Notes: generated by a model from the letters alone, not told the origin. DNA of 64,000 nucleotides from Clostridia bacterium (GCA_045591115.1 JAZNSH010000050.1:26294-90293); one strand, 5' to 3'. Counted from the first letter of the stretch, positions 8,978 through 19,121 are shown. Made by a program: numbers and translations.

Positions 8978-11900
8978 CGTTAGCATCCTCCTTGTGCTTT
9001 ATTCCGCATATAGAGCTGAATTTGCAATATTTGCAAGAATCGTCGTTTTTTAATGACTGAGCTTTAATATTACCGCTTAAGATGTTTTTAACAAGATCCT
9101 GAGAAACTGACTCGGCGGTATCTAAAAGGTGATCAAAATGCTCCTTTGTGATACCTTTTTCGTTAAAATCAAGTATTTCAGGGCCTGAAAATGTATTATC
9201 AATAACAGACATATATTGTGCAGATGCGGGTTTGTAATTTTTAAAGTGCTTTAATAATGCTGACATATATATCAAAAGCTGAAGATTTTTTCCCGATGAA
9301 AGTTGTGCTTCGGAAAAAGTGTTATTTCCGCTTTTGTAGTCTACTATGCGCAAATAGAGTTGATTATCTTTTGTTAAAACATCAGCTCTGTCGATTTTTC
9401 CTTCAACATAAACAGTTCCGGAATCCGTCTGAATTTCTATTGGAGGATATTTACCGTATCCAAAGGCAATCTCTTCACCAATAACCCGGCAATCAGAAAT
9501 ATGTTTCTTAATTTTCCAGGAAGCCTCACAAGCGATATTTTTCAAAATATTGTTAAAAGCTTTTTGACGGTCTGTAGCAAGCATTGCGCCGAAATGAACG
9601 TTGGGTAAACGTTCATCAAAAATTTCCGAAGCTTTTTGGTAGCATTCTTCCCTTGTAAGATCTGCATCCTTATATTTTTTTAGGAATTTTTCAAAAGTAT
9701 GGTGTAACAAAGAACCGATATCTAAATCGTCTATAACGTATTCCTTGCTCTCAGTGGGGGAAAGACCAAATTCGATAAAATGCTTAAAAGGACAAGTTGC
9801 AAAAGTATCAAGCTGAGTAAAACTTGTCGTTTTTTTTGATGTAAAGAGCTGAGATGCCAACTGAGGATCAATTTCCGTTTCTCTCTTCTGAAGTTCTCTC
9901 TTTAATATCTGTGTTTTGCGTTCGGAATTTTTCTCAAGATAATCAAGTAAAGCTTGGGATTCGGGGGAAGAAAACTTATCTTTTGCCATTTCAAGCATAG
10001 CTTGATCCTTAGTCAAAGGATTTTTTAATTCTTCTGAGGCATTTGTTTTTTTGTAATGCTTTGAAGAAATCTTCGGAAATAATGATTTTAAGTGACTGAA
10101 AATATATGAAGGTCTTTGAAGCGAACCACTGAGGCTGAATAGAGGACAAGAGAATTCAAGTGTGTGAGTTGGAGAGCATATTGCTGAATAAATGGTATAA
10201 CGTGTGCGAGCATCCTCTGTATCTTCCGTGTGAGCAAGCTCCATTCCGAGCTCTGAAAGAATATTACTTTCAGCTCTTGTTACAAGCCTTTCATCTGTGC
10301 ATACAGCCGGTATTACGCCATCATTAGCACCGACTATATAAACGAATTTTATGTGCTGTTCCTTTGTAGCTGAAAGGTCTCCAAAGGTCACAGAATCAAT
10401 AACGCTTGGAATAGTTGAAATTTTCGTTGCCTTAAAGCCTTCATACAACGTATCGGTAAAATCTGAAAGAGAAATTTTGCGTTCACCTGAAAGATCAGAG
10501 ATGCTTTCAAGTAATTCGAGCATTTTGTTCCAAATTTGACTTGTTACATCGGAAAGTGTGAATTGTTCAAGATCCTCATATTTCTGCGTGAGCTCTTGAA
10601 TTTTTTGATAAACACCGTTTTCTTCCATAAATTTATAGCAAACGGAGGCAAGCTCTCTTGCTGTTGAGGCATTTAAAATTTTTTCCTTGAAATTTTTTAA
10701 TGGATTAATGAATTTTAAACGTAAAGAATCAAATTCTGCTTGAGATTCTTCAGAACCACGTTTAAAATATAAACCGTTTTCTATTTCGCTTGGGTTTACA
10801 CCTGTTTCTCTTATATATGATATAAATGTATCTCGTTCGTCTTGGGAAAGATTTGTAAGCGAAGATATGGCAATAGCCGTAACGTTTTCTGAAGTAAAAC
10901 CGTGTGTTGCGCATTTTAAAAGCGAGAATAAATACATTGCGACGGGATGCGCGGTTATATCATGGCTTTTGTCTGTATATACGGGAATATTATAACGGTC
11001 AAAAACAGCGGATACAATAGATGCGTATTTTTTTACGTCATTACAAATAACTGCATAATCTTTGTATCTGGTACAACTTCTTACTCCTAACAAAATTTTC
11101 TTTGCAATTTCGTTAATTTCATCGTCAATGGAGGGGTAGAAGCACAATGAAACGTTCTCGCAATTTTTTGTGTAAACGTCAGGGACTTGCTGATAAAAAT
11201 TATCTTCAATAAAATGTATTTCATCTGACTTTGTTTTTGCTGCTCTTTTTACATTTTCTATCTTATATTCACAACAACAGTCTTTTGCAATGGCAATGAT
11301 ATCATTTAAGGTTTTTTTGTGAATATCATATCCTCGGTCTGTATCTGTAAAATCCGAATTTAATGCAATAACAACATCAGTGCATTTAATGAGTTCTTTG
11401 AAAAAACTGTATAAACGTGATGTAAATACGTCAAAACCGTCAATATATACAATGGTATCTTTAAATTCAGGATAGAATTTCAAAAGTTCTTCGGCGGTTT
11501 TTAATTTATCGGCATTATCGGTGTAGCCCGAATCAAGAATATCAATATATGCCTTGTAAATTACCGCCATATCATTAAGCTTATATTTTAAAATACCGTT
11601 ATCAAGTTTTTGCAAAACAGAAATCAAATCTTCATAGGTATAACCGCAATTTTCAATAACTGAGATCATATTCAGACAGCGTTCACAAAAGCCTTTGCGC
11701 CTTGATGCGCTTTTAAAAATCGTCAGCTTATCTTCGTTTTCAAGCACGGCAATGCGGACAGCCATTGTCTTTGAACAGTCATCAAGATAAGTTTTCTTGT
11801 TTTTCCCAAAATAGTCTAAAACGCGGGAGGCAAGTCGATTGAATGAGCATACGTCAACATCAATAAAGCCTTTTATATTAAGTTGATGACATAGACGTTG

Positions 11901-12032
11901 TTCAAAGTTATAGGTTACAGGGTCGGGAACGATAAGAAAGGATTTCTTCTTGTTTTTTATCCGTTCGCCGATTTCGTCAATAAGAATATGCGTTTTGTTT
12001 GTAGCAATTCTGCCCGTAATAATTCTAAGCAA
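8961..12032 (-). CDS. addB: ATP-dependent helicase/nuclease subunit B
   Basis: 1023 aa. TTG start 7 nt after GAGGTG. C-terminal nuclease (RIVDYKSG) is bracketed by 4 Cys (CPFKHF ... CKYCKFSSIC), the AddB Fe-S staple pattern. It overlaps addA and lies directly upstream of it. Confidence 0.88.
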   Translation of the reverse strand: MLRIITGRIATNKTHILIDEIGERIKNKKKSFLIVPDPVTYNFEQRLCHQLNIKGFIDVDVCSFNRLASRVLDYFGKNKKTYLDDCSKTMAVRIAVLENEDKLTIFKSASRRKGFCERCLNMISVIENCGYTYEDLISVLQKLDNGILKYKLNDMAVIYKAYIDILDSGYTDNADKLKTAEELLKFYPEFKDTIVYIDGFDVFTSRLYSFFKELIKCTDVVIALNSDFTDTDRGYDIHKKTLNDIIAIAKDCCCEYKIENVKRAAKTKSDEIHFIEDNFYQQVPDVYTKNCENVSLCFYPSIDDEINEIAKKILLGVRSCTRYKDYAVICNDVKKYASIVSAVFDRYNIPVYTDKSHDITAHPVAMYLFSLLKCATHGFTSENVTAIAISSLTNLSQDERDTFISYIRETGVNPSEIENGLYFKRGSEESQAEFDSLRLKFINPLKNFKEKILNASTARELASVCYKFMEENGVYQKIQELTQKYEDLEQFTLSDVTSQIWNKMLELLESISDLSGERKISLSDFTDTLYEGFKATKISTIPSVIDSVTFGDLSATKEQHIKFVYIVGANDGVIPAVCTDERLVTRAESNILSELGMELAHTEDTEDARTRYTIYSAICSPTHTLEFSCPLFSLSGSLQRPSYIFSHLKSLFPKISSKHYKKTNASEELKNPLTKDQAMLEMAKDKFSSPESQALLDYLEKNSERKTQILKRELQKRETEIDPQLASQLFTSKKTTSFTQLDTFATCPFKHFIEFGLSPTESKEYVIDDLDIGSLLHHTFEKFLKKYKDADLTREECYQKASEIFDERLPNVHFGAMLATDRQKAFNNILKNIACEASWKIKKHISDCRVIGEEIAFGYGKYPPIEIQTDSGTVYVEGKIDRADVLTKDNQLYLRIVDYKSGNNTFSEAQLSSGKNLQLLIYMSALLKHFKNYKPASAQYMSVIDNTFSGPEILDFNEKGITKEHFDHLLDTAESVSQDLVKNILSGNIKAQSLKNDDSCKYCKFSSICGIKHKEDANDANVD

Positions 12033-12100
12033 TGTGCTTCACCTCATACTGTACTTTGTATTATTTTATCACATTAACTGACATAATTCAACTAAAGAAA

Positions 12101-12127
12101 TAAAAAAGTTCCGATAAAGATCGGAAC
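12101..12127 (-). terminator. Intrinsic terminator downstream of glyQS
   Basis: Stem AGTTCCGAT/ATCGGAACT with a 4-nt loop. A-run 12101-12106 gives the U-tract on the - strand. Confidence 0.75.
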
Positions 12128-12136
12128 TTTAAAAAA

Positions 12137-13513
12137 TCAAAAAACAAGCTTTTCCTTAATGAAGTCTTTAACTTCTTCGATTTTAAGTGTAACCTGCTCC
12201 ATTGTGTCACGGTCACGAACAGTAACGGTGCCGTTTTCAATGGTATCAAAGTCAACGGTTACGCAATAGGGAGTGCCATTTTCATCCTGTCTGCGATAAC
12301 GCTTGCCGATTGAACCTGCTTCGTCATAATCAACGGGGAAGTGCTTTGCAAGCTCAGCGTGGATCTCAAGAGCCTTTTCCGAAAGCTTTTTCTGTAAAGG
12401 AAGAACTGCACACTTGAAAGGAGCAAGCGCAGGGTGAAGATGCATAACGTTTCTAACGTCACCGTTTTCCAAGGTTTCCTCTTCAAAAGCATTGCAAAGG
12501 AAAGCAAGAGTTACGCGGTCAGCACCAAGAGAAGGCTCAACACAGTAGGGAACGTACTTTTCGTTTGTTGTGGGATCAAGATATTCCATATTCTCACCGC
12601 TATGCTCTGCGTGCTGCTTAAGGTCATAGTCAGTTCTGTCTGCAATACCCCAAAGCTCACCCCAACCAAATGGGAATAAGAATTCAAAGTCAGTGGTTGC
12701 TTTTGAATAGAATGAAAGCTCTTCCGGTGAATGATCGCGAAGTCTTAAGGATTCTTCTTTAATGCCAAGATCAAGAAGCCACTTTTTGCAATATGAACGC
12801 CAATATTCAAACCATTCAAGATCAGTGCCGGGCTTGCAGAAGAATTCAAGCTCCATCTGTTCAAATTCGCGAGTTCTGAATGTGAAGTTGCCGGGTGTAA
12901 TCTCGTTTCTGAAGGATTTTCCTATCTGGCAAATACCAAAGGGAACTTTTTTTCTTGTTGTACGCTGAACGTTTTTAAAGTTAACGAAAATACCCTGAGC
13001 GGTTTCGGGACGAAGATATACTGTTGAAGTTGAATCTTCCGTTACGCCCTGGAAGGTTTTAAACATAAGGTTAAACTGACGGATGTTTGTCCAATCGTTT
13101 TTACCGCAATCGGGGCAAACAATGTTGTTTTCCTTAATATATTCTTCCATCTGCTGATTTGACCAACCGTCAACAACGATATCAGTGCCTCTTTCGTGGT
13201 TAAAGTCCTCAATAAGCTTGTCTGCACGGTATCTTGATTTACAAGCCTTGCAGTCCATAAGAGGATCAGAGAATCCACCAAGGTGACCTGATGCAACCCA
13301 AACCTGAGGGTTCATTAAGATTGCACAGTCAACACCAACGTTATAGGGGGATTCTTGAACGAATTTCTGCCACCATGCTTTTTTTACGTTGTTTTTTAAC
13401 TCCACACCTAAAGGACCGTAATCCCAAGTGTTGGCAAGACCGCCGTAAATTTCGGAACCGGGGAAGATGAATCCTTTGCCCTTGCAAAGAGCAATAACTT
13501 TATCCATATCCAT
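12137..13513 (-). CDS. glyQS: Glycine--tRNA ligase (homodimeric class II type)
   Basis: 458 aa. Class II motif 2 context [25 protein letters not shown], motif 3 SLGADRV, C-terminal anticodon-binding domain. Confidence 0.93.
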   Translation of the reverse strand: MDMDKVIALCKGKGFIFPGSEIYGGLANTWDYGPLGVELKNNVKKAWWQKFVQESPYNVGVDCAILMNPQVWVASGHLGGFSDPLMDCKACKSRYRADKLIEDFNHERGTDIVVDGWSNQQMEEYIKENNIVCPDCGKNDWTNIRQFNLMFKTFQGVTEDSTSTVYLRPETAQGIFVNFKNVQRTTRKKVPFGICQIGKSFRNEITPGNFTFRTREFEQMELEFFCKPGTDLEWFEYWRSYCKKWLLDLGIKEESLRLRDHSPEELSFYSKATTDFEFLFPFGWGELWGIADRTDYDLKQHAEHSGENMEYLDPTTNEKYVPYCVEPSLGADRVTLAFLCNAFEEETLENGDVRNVMHLHPALAPFKCAVLPLQKKLSEKALEIHAELAKHFPVDYDEAGSIGKRYRRQDENGTPYCVTVDFDTIENGTVTVRDRDTMEQVTLKIEEVKDFIKEKLVF

Positions 13514-13549
13514 AATATGTACCTCCGTACTAAAATTCTAATACCTATT

Positions 13550-13577
13550 ATTATATGGAAAAATACGATTATGTCAA
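13550..13577 (-). promoter_or_regulatory. SigA-type promoter of glyQS
   Basis: Reverse strand reads TTGACA (13577-13572), 16 nt, TATAAT (13555-13550). The implied leader is only ~30 nt. Confidence 0.7.
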
Positions 13578-13669
13578 ACTAAAAATCGTTATTAACGGTA
13601 TTTAATCGAAACAGTTTTGCGTTGGACACAATAAATTAATAAAATGTAACAAGATTTGAAAAAAATATG

Positions 13670-13698
13670 TTGATTTTTTTTAAAAGGTGTTGTATAAT
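13670..13698 (+). promoter_or_regulatory. SigA-type promoter of the 13730 gene
   Basis: TTGATT (13670-13675), 17 nt, TATAAT (13693-13698). Confidence 0.6.
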
Positions 13699-13729
13699 AA
13701 AACTACCAATGTATTAGGAGGTATTTTAA

Positions 13730-15340
13730 ATGAAAAAATTGTTAGTAGCCTTATTGGCTATGTGCATCGCTTTTTCTGCATTCAGCTTTGTGGTTCTTGC
13801 TGAAGAGACAACCGGCGATGTTACTGCAGACGCAACCACAAATGAGACCGAAGCAGGCGAACAGAAGACCGTTGAAAGCCTTGTTGGTGCTTTTTATCTT
13901 CAGGGTGAGGGCGGCAGTGATGTAGATGCTAATGGTAACGTTGTGACAAGTGACTACAATTATCAGATTGCTGACGTTATGGCAAAGGCTCTTAACGGAA
14001 CAAACAAGGTTCCTTTCTATGCCTTTAACAGAGACAATGCAGTTTCGCTGGAAGCCTTTGCAGAAGCATATGTAGTTTCGGAAATTAATGCGGCTGCTGA
14101 AGCAGGTATTGATTTCTTTGCATATGACCTTCATATGAGTTATGCTTCAATCAATAGTTCAACCGAACTTGCTCGTACTATGAATAGTATGCTTATGCGC
14201 CACAAATCACTTTTTGGTACAAAGACTATTGGTGATTCAGTTAGATATGCAATTGTTCTTGATGGCAATTTTGATGCAGGCAAGAGTATGGAAAGAAATC
14301 TTATTGTTGATCACTTCCTTACAATAAAAGGGTATCTTGTGGCTGAAGACGGAAGACCCGTTGTATTTATTAAGTGGAATGATGATATCCAGAATCAGAT
14401 CACAAAGCTTAATTCAACCCTTAAGAAGGCTGTTAAGGATCCCACAATGCTTAAAGATGGTGTTGAGTCAATCTATGCAGTTGCTCTTAATGCTCCCAGC
14501 TATGATGAAGCTATCAATGCAGGTGCTGAAGCAATTTCCTGGACAGAAGGCTCAGGTAAAAACGGTGCAGCTTATGCAACAATGACTGCAACTGTTGAAG
14601 CAAACTGGGCAAACGGCACAGCTGTTATTCCCAACGTTGTAACCGGTTTTGATAAGACCTTACTTGCCAATAACCCCATTAACGTTGAAGCAAATAAACA
14701 GTCAGGCAAAGACAAGACCTTTGGTGTTCGTTATTCAAGAACAGGCGCAGCTGATGATTTTGTTGCAGCAGCTACACCTGAAGAGCTTGTTAACCACGTA
14801 AAGAACGCAGTTGCTACAACAAATAAGCCTGCAAACTTCCCTGCAGTTATGGTTTATGCTTGGGATGACTTTATGGGTGGTGCATATCTTTGCCCCACAA
14901 AAACTGATAAAGATTATCAGTACAATGTTGCATATCTTAATGCTTTAAGAGCATATTTCTTTGGCAAAGAAGATGGCATTAGCTCTATTAAAGTTCTTGA
15001 TAATACAAACCAAGATGTTATTACTGATATGAGAGCACAGACCATCACTGTTGGTAAAAACGAAAAAGGTGTTTTTGTTGAAAAATCCAAGGTTGACTTT
15101 GATGGAAACAATCTTCTTGAAGTAGCTCCACCTGAAGAAACTCCTTCTGTAACCGGTGAACCTGATACTACTCCCGGAGCAACAAGTGATCCTGACGTAA
15201 CAGTTCCTGGTGGCGACGATAGTGAAGGTAAAGATGGTGGAATTGATCCCTTAATGATCGGTCTTATTGCCGGCGGTGCAGTAATCGTTATTGCTATTGT
15301 ATTAGTTATTGTTTTAAAGAAAAAGAAAAAATCTGAATAA
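13730..15340 (+). CDS. Secreted, C-terminally membrane-anchored protein of unknown function
   Basis: 536 aa. Signal peptide MKKLLVALLAMCIAFSAFSFVVLAEE. ~400-aa domain with no family recognised. Pro/Thr/Glu linker. C-terminal TM (LMIGLIAGGAVIVIAIVLVIVL) followed by KKKKKSE. Confidence 0.6.
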   Translation: MKKLLVALLAMCIAFSAFSFVVLAEETTGDVTADATTNETEAGEQKTVESLVGAFYLQGEGGSDVDANGNVVTSDYNYQIADVMAKALNGTNKVPFYAFNRDNAVSLEAFAEAYVVSEINAAAEAGIDFFAYDLHMSYASINSSTELARTMNSMLMRHKSLFGTKTIGDSVRYAIVLDGNFDAGKSMERNLIVDHFLTIKGYLVAEDGRPVVFIKWNDDIQNQITKLNSTLKKAVKDPTMLKDGVESIYAVALNAPSYDEAINAGAEAISWTEGSGKNGAAYATMTATVEANWANGTAVIPNVVTGFDKTLLANNPINVEANKQSGKDKTFGVRYSRTGAADDFVAAATPEELVNHVKNAVATTNKPANFPAVMVYAWDDFMGGAYLCPTKTDKDYQYNVAYLNALRAYFFGKEDGISSIKVLDNTNQDVITDMRAQTITVGKNEKGVFVEKSKVDFDGNNLLEVAPPEETPSVTGEPDTTPGATSDPDVTVPGGDDSEGKDGGIDPLMIGLIAGGAVIVIAIVLVIVLKKKKKSE

Positions 15341-15346
15341 TTTTTA

Positions 15347-15370
15347 AGCCGCCTTTATGGCGGCTTTTTT
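15347..15370 (+). terminator. Intrinsic terminator abutting the nth start codon
   Basis: AGCCGCC-TTTAT-GGCGGCT followed by TTTTTT. The ATG of nth follows at 15371. Confidence 0.7.
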
Positions 15371-16006
15371 ATGAGTATGAACAGTAAAATAATTTTATCT
15401 AAACTTTTGGAAATGTATCCTGATGCTGATACAGAACTTGAATTTAAAAGCAATTACCAGTTGCTTGTTGCCGTAATTCTTTCTGCACAATGTACTGATA
15501 AACGTGTGAATGTTGTAACAAGAGAGCTTTTTAAAGAATATGGAACGGCTGAAAAAATGGTTACGCTATCTCAGGAAGAGCTTGAAAAGAAAATTTTTTC
15601 CTGCGGTTTTTACAAAAATAAAGCAAAAAATATTTTGTCAACAAGTAAAATAATTATCGAAAAATTTGGTGGGAAAGTGCCCCAAGATTTTGATGATCTG
15701 CAGTCACTTCCGGGAGTGGGAAGAAAAACTGCAAATGTCGTTGCTTCCGTTGCTTTCAACATTCCCGCCATAGCAGTAGATACTCACGTTTTTCGCGTTG
15801 CTAATCGAATCGGTCTTTCTGATGCTAAAGATGAACTCCACACCGAGCTTCAATTACAGAAAGTAATTCCTCAAGAAATGTGGTTAAAAGCACACCATCT
15901 TATTATTTGGCACGGCAGACGTTGTTGCGAATCCCGTAACCCAAAATGCGAAAAATGTTTACTTGTTGATGAGTGTAAGTATTTTAATGACTTGTCAAAG
16001 AAGTAA
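15371..16006 (+). CDS. nth: Endonuclease III (DNA glycosylase / AP lyase)
   Basis: 211 aa. HhH motif LPGVGRKTANVV. [4Fe-4S] motif C-x6-C-x2-C-x5-C (CESRNPKCEKCLLVDEC). The start lacks a visible SD, so it is less certain. Confidence 0.9.
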   Translation: MSMNSKIILSKLLEMYPDADTELEFKSNYQLLVAVILSAQCTDKRVNVVTRELFKEYGTAEKMVTLSQEELEKKIFSCGFYKNKAKNILSTSKIIIEKFGGKVPQDFDDLQSLPGVGRKTANVVASVAFNIPAIAVDTHVFRVANRIGLSDAKDELHTELQLQKVIPQEMWLKAHHLIIWHGRRCCESRNPKCEKCLLVDECKYFNDLSKK

Positions 16007-16045
16007 TGATGTGGTAAAATACTTAAAAAAATACGGGAGTATTAT

Positions 16046-17308
16046 ATGTTTATAGATTACGTTAAAATTTTTATTAAAAGCGGTAATGGCGGTAACGGTG
16101 GATTATCTTTTCATAGGGAAAAGTATGTTCAGTCCGGTGGGCCTGATGGTGGTAATGGCGGCAATGGCGGTGATATCGTTCTTGTGGCAGATCCTGATAT
16201 GCGCACCCTTCTTGATTTCCATTTTCAGAAGCATTTTACGGCAGGTAACGGTGAAAACGGTATGAGTAACCTCCGCACCGGTGCAAGAGGTGAGGATGTT
16301 GTTATTCGCGTTCCAAGGGGCACTGTTATTAAGGATGCAGAAAGCGGTCTTGTAATTGCTGATATGTATGAAAAGGATGCCCGAAAGATTATTCTTAAAG
16401 GTGGGCGCGGTGGAAAAGGAAATGCCCATTTTAAAAGCGCAAAAATACGTACACCAAACTTCTCTCAGAACGGTGAGATTACTAAGCAACGACAGATCAT
16501 TCTTGAACTAAAAACCATTGCAGATGCCGGCTTTGTTGGATTCCCTAATGTTGGTAAATCAACTATTTTATCGATAATATCTAAGGCACGACCTAAGATT
16601 GCAAACTATCATTTTACAACTCTTGAGCCTAATTTAGGTGTTGTGAAAATTGATGAATCAACCTTTGTTGCCGCAGATATTCCCGGGCTTATTGAGGGTG
16701 CATCTGAAGGTGCAGGTTTAGGTCACGCTTTCTTAAGACATATTGAGCGCACGCGTGTTATTGTTCACGTTGTTGATATTTCAGGTTCGGAGGGCAGGGA
16801 TCCTGTTGAAGATTATAAAATAATCAATAATGAACTTGAAAATTATTCTTTTGCTCTTTCGGGACTTCCTCAGTTTGTTGTTGCAAATAAGTCAGAACTT
16901 CCCGGAAGCGACGAAAATCTTAAACGTCTTCAGGAATTTTTAGGCGATACACCCATATATAAAGTCTCAGCGGCCACACGCCAAGGCTTTGAGCCACTTT
17001 TGCGTGCTGTTGCCCAAAAGCTTAAAGAGCTTCCTGAGCCTGAGCCGATTATTGAGGATGGTGAGCTTGTTTATTATGAAGATCCCAATGAATTTATTAT
17101 AACAAAGCTCAATGCTGAAATTTTCGTTGTTGAGGGTAATCTTATTGATTCTCTTCTCAGAAAAGTTAATTTTGAAGATCCCACAAGCCTTGATTATTTC
17201 CAACGTATGCTAAGGGAAAAAGGCGTTATTCAAGCCTTGCGTGATAAGGGTGCAAAGGATGGTTGTGTGATCAGGATTGAGGATATGGAATTTGATTTCG
17301 TTGATTAA
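16046..17308 (+). CDS. obg: GTPase Obg/CgtA
   Basis: 420 aa. Gly-rich Obg fold (GNGGNGG repeats). G1 GFPNVGKST, G3 DIPGLIEGA. C-terminal OCT domain. Confidence 0.95.
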   Translation: MFIDYVKIFIKSGNGGNGGLSFHREKYVQSGGPDGGNGGNGGDIVLVADPDMRTLLDFHFQKHFTAGNGENGMSNLRTGARGEDVVIRVPRGTVIKDAESGLVIADMYEKDARKIILKGGRGGKGNAHFKSAKIRTPNFSQNGEITKQRQIILELKTIADAGFVGFPNVGKSTILSIISKARPKIANYHFTTLEPNLGVVKIDESTFVAADIPGLIEGASEGAGLGHAFLRHIERTRVIVHVVDISGSEGRDPVEDYKIINNELENYSFALSGLPQFVVANKSELPGSDENLKRLQEFLGDTPIYKVSAATRQGFEPLLRAVAQKLKELPEPEPIIEDGELVYYEDPNEFIITKLNAEIFVVEGNLIDSLLRKVNFEDPTSLDYFQRMLREKGVIQALRDKGAKDGCVIRIEDMEFDFVD

Positions 17309-17969
17309 TTCTTTTCAGAAGCTTTTGAGATAATCCGAAAATCATCAATGATGATCCGAAAAGTATATAGTATATTTTGTACGGTGTAATGATGCTTAAA
17401 AGTAGCAAAATTACACCGTATTTTATTGAAAATTTTCTAAATTCTTTTGTAAAAATTACTTTTTTAATTTTTGTCAAAACCGTAACTTTTTTTATTTCGG
17501 GATTGGAAACAAGATCCTTTGCTAAAGCAAGGATTTCGTCGGCTGAATGAACCGTAAATTTTTTGTTTATTGCGTTTAAAAACTCTCTTGTACTATCAGA
17601 AATTCCCCTTACTGAGTAAATATGAATATCACCGCTATTTTTTCTCATAAACTTTATAATTTTATCCTCAGTAATTCCTATAAAAGAGTTATCTGTTAAT
17701 GAATTTTTCGGAAACTTCTCCATAAAAACTGCACTTTCGACAAAAAGCAGGGAAACTAATTGACTTTCATCCGTTCTTTTTTTATTATTTTTCTTGTCAG
17801 TCAGTTGACGAACTTTTGTTCGGATAGTATAATATAAATACGAAATAACGAAAGCCGATAAAAGTGAAAAAAGCATAGCTCCGTTTTTTGTTGGGTAGAT
17901 ATATTCGGCTATTACGTATGAAATAATGAAAAATATTGGATATAATACTATGCTGAATATTAAGATCAT
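17271..17969 (-). CDS. Hypothetical polytopic membrane protein with a central soluble domain
   Basis: 232 aa. Two N-terminal and two C-terminal hydrophobic helices flank a ~130-aa cytosolic segment. That segment has at most a faint resemblance to restriction-endonuclease-like (Mrr-type) folds. The 3' end overlaps the obg 3' end by 38 nt. Confidence 0.5.
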   Translation of the reverse strand: MILIFSIVLYPIFFIISYVIAEYIYPTKNGAMLFSLLSAFVISYLYYTIRTKVRQLTDKKNNKKRTDESQLVSLLFVESAVFMEKFPKNSLTDNSFIGITEDKIIKFMRKNSGDIHIYSVRGISDSTREFLNAINKKFTVHSADEILALAKDLVSNPEIKKVTVLTKIKKVIFTKEFRKFSIKYGVILLLLSIITPYKIYYILFGSSLMIFGLSQKLLKRINQRNQIPYPQS

Positions 17970-18016
17970 AATAACACCTCAAAATGATTTTTTACAAAAA
18001 AGGTAAATGATATACT

Positions 18017-18589
18017 ATGAAAATTGGAATTATGGGAGGATCCTTCGATCCGATTCATTTTGGTCATCTTGATATGGCTGAAAAATGTAAAGATGAATTC
18101 TTATTGGATGCAGTAATGTTTCTTCCATCAGGCGAACCGCCTCATAAGAAAAAAATTACGAATAAAGAAATTCGTATTGAGATGCTATCTTGTGCCATTA
18201 AAAAGTATCCGTCATTTTATTTAAGCAGAATGGAAGTTGACAGAGTTGGCAAGACCTATACCTTTGATACTGCGCAAGAATTAATTGATTCTCAAAAAGA
18301 ATATTTTTTTATTATTGGCGGAGATTCACTTAATACTTTGCATAAATGGTATCGTGCGGAAGAGCTTTTTAAAATAATGAAATTTATTGTTGTAGACCGT
18401 CAGCATATAGATGAAGATAGCTCTCTTGCTGAAAAAATGGGTGCAAAACTTTATTTTTCCAAACATACGGGACTTGATGTTTCGTCAACGGAGATCCGTG
18501 AAAAAGTGAAAAAGAATTTACCGATAGATGACCTTGTTCCATCGGAAGTTTCGGAGATTATTGAAAAATATGGATTATACAAAGATTGA
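18017..18589 (+). CDS. nadD: Nicotinate-nucleotide adenylyltransferase
   Basis: 190 aa. GGSFDPIHFGH nucleotidyltransferase motif. Confidence 0.92.
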   Translation: MKIGIMGGSFDPIHFGHLDMAEKCKDEFLLDAVMFLPSGEPPHKKKITNKEIRIEMLSCAIKKYPSFYLSRMEVDRVGKTYTFDTAQELIDSQKEYFFIIGGDSLNTLHKWYRAEELFKIMKFIVVDRQHIDEDSSLAEKMGAKLYFSKHTGLDVSSTEIREKVKKNLPIDDLVPSEVSEIIEKYGLYKD

Positions 18590-19121
18590 ATTTTTTAAAG
18601 AGAAACTAAAGAAAGATTTAAAGCCGCAAAGATATACCCACACCTTATTTACAACCTTAAAAGCAATGGAACTATCTGTTGGTTTGAATGTTGATAAGGA
18701 TAAGGTTTTTCTTGCTTCGCTTCTTCACGATTGTGCAAAATATTTAGAACCAACCAAAGAGCAAGCCGAAAAAATAGCTGATTTTATTGATTTTAAGCCC
18801 ATTATTCACGGACCTTTAGGTGCAATTATTGCAAAAGAGGAATATGGAATCAATGATGAAACCATACTTAATGCAATAACATATCATTCAACCGGCAGAC
18901 CTAATATGACTGATGAAGAAATTATTGTCTGTTTAGCCGATGCAATTGAAGATTCCAGGGATTATCCAAATGTAGATAACATAAGAAATGCAACGAAAAA
19001 AGGATTAAAAAACGGATTGCTTGAATATCTTCAGGGCGTGGTTGCTTACGAAAAATCAAAAGGGAACGCTATTCATCATTTAACCTTGGAAACAATACAA
19101 TGGCTTAAGGAGATTTTATGA
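18570..19121 (+). CDS. yqeK: HD-domain phosphohydrolase YqeK
   Basis: HD motif context LLHDCAKY. Conserved nadD-yqeK-rsfS order. Start moved to ATG 18570 (the track starts at 18528 inside nadD). Confidence 0.85.
   Translation: MDYTKIEFFKEKLKKDLKPQRYTHTLFTTLKAMELSVGLNVDKDKVFLASLLHDCAKYLEPTKEQAEKIADFIDFKPIIHGPLGAIIAKEEYGINDETILNAITYHSTGRPNMTDEEIIVCLADAIEDSRDYPNVDNIRNATKKGLKNGLLEYLQGVVAYEKSKGNAIHHLTLETIQWLKEIL

Noticed and set aside
13514-13729. Expected T-box leader upstream of glyQS
   Set aside because: The TTGACA-16-TATAAT promoter leaves only a ~30-nt leader. No specifier hairpin or T-box sequence is visible, so this glyQS seems not to be T-box regulated.
13500-13730. Possible replication origin at the switch from - strand genes (1-13513) to mostly + strand genes
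   Set aside because: I found no TTATCCACA-type DnaA boxes and no dnaA/dnaN nearby. Several - strand genes also occur later in the window.
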